Position numbers and translations under genes: made by a program. Of a DNA stretch of 64,000 nt, positions 63,728-64,000 are shown piece by piece. Position 1 is the first letter of the stretch; every line of letters starts with the position of its first letter. Under the pieces are notes generated by a model. The model did not search any database, was not told the DNA's origin, and saw only the letters and a program-made list of their open reading frames with translations. The stretch comes from Ascidiella aspersa (lineage: Eukaryota): the NCBI GenBank assembly GCA_963924565.1, contig OZ004609.1:22382001-22446000 (forward strand), given 5' to 3'.

Positions 63728-63913
63728 CTGCAAGGAAGGGTTCAATCGTATACTTATCTCAAATAGCAATATTGTATTGACTGACTTAAATACACTCTTG
63801 CTGTGTCTAAACTCTAAATCAGTGGCGTGCAACCTTTCATACTGCCGGGCCAAATATGTGTATTCGGATTAGACCACGGGCCACTTGCATATCTCGTCGT
63901 CTACCTGGTAGTG

Positions 63914-64000
63914 CAGTGGTCGGCAAACTTTTTGTTGCGGCCCAAAGTAGTCTTTTCAGAGCTACTTAAAGGCCCACTACGTAAAACCACTAGGAAAACA
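63914..64000. mobile_element. Left end of a hAT MITE, same family as 24728-25093
   Basis: CAGTGGTCGGCAAACTTTTT...GCGGCCCAAAGTA matches the sequence from 24728 onward. Confidence 0.75.

Overview
Eukaryotic, AT-rich, intron-rich invertebrate DNA. Many 50-200 bp introns and chordate-like proteins suggest an ascidian/tunicate (inference). The ORF track shows only exon fragments, so genes were assembled by eye from GT-AG boundaries. Gene order: 3' end of a PPxY/PSAP-rich gene (+); ALG1 (-); an SRP (7SL) RNA gene (-) lying just upstream of ALG1; ASNS (+); CYP4 #1 (+); NEK10 (-, ~19 kb); an orphan 7TM gene (-); CYP4 #2 (-); CYP4 #3 (+); a RIPK-like non-RD kinase (+); and the 3' part of a Rab45/46-like GTPase (-). 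Introns and spacers hold many non-autonomous transposons: nested hAT MITEs, Harbinger-like MITEs, foldbacks, a tRNA-derived element and a Helitron-like end. Best leads: (1) a ~380-bp TSD-flanked, poly(A)-tailed retroposon with a U1-snRNA-like head in a NEK10 intron; (2) three inverted Penelope-like remnants carrying minimal hammerhead-ribozyme cores, two of which together rebuild a complete ribozyme; (3) patchwork gene conversion among the three one-intron CYP4 paralogs; (4) the 7SL gene apparently nested in the ALG1 5' intron/outron, with an upstream CRE.
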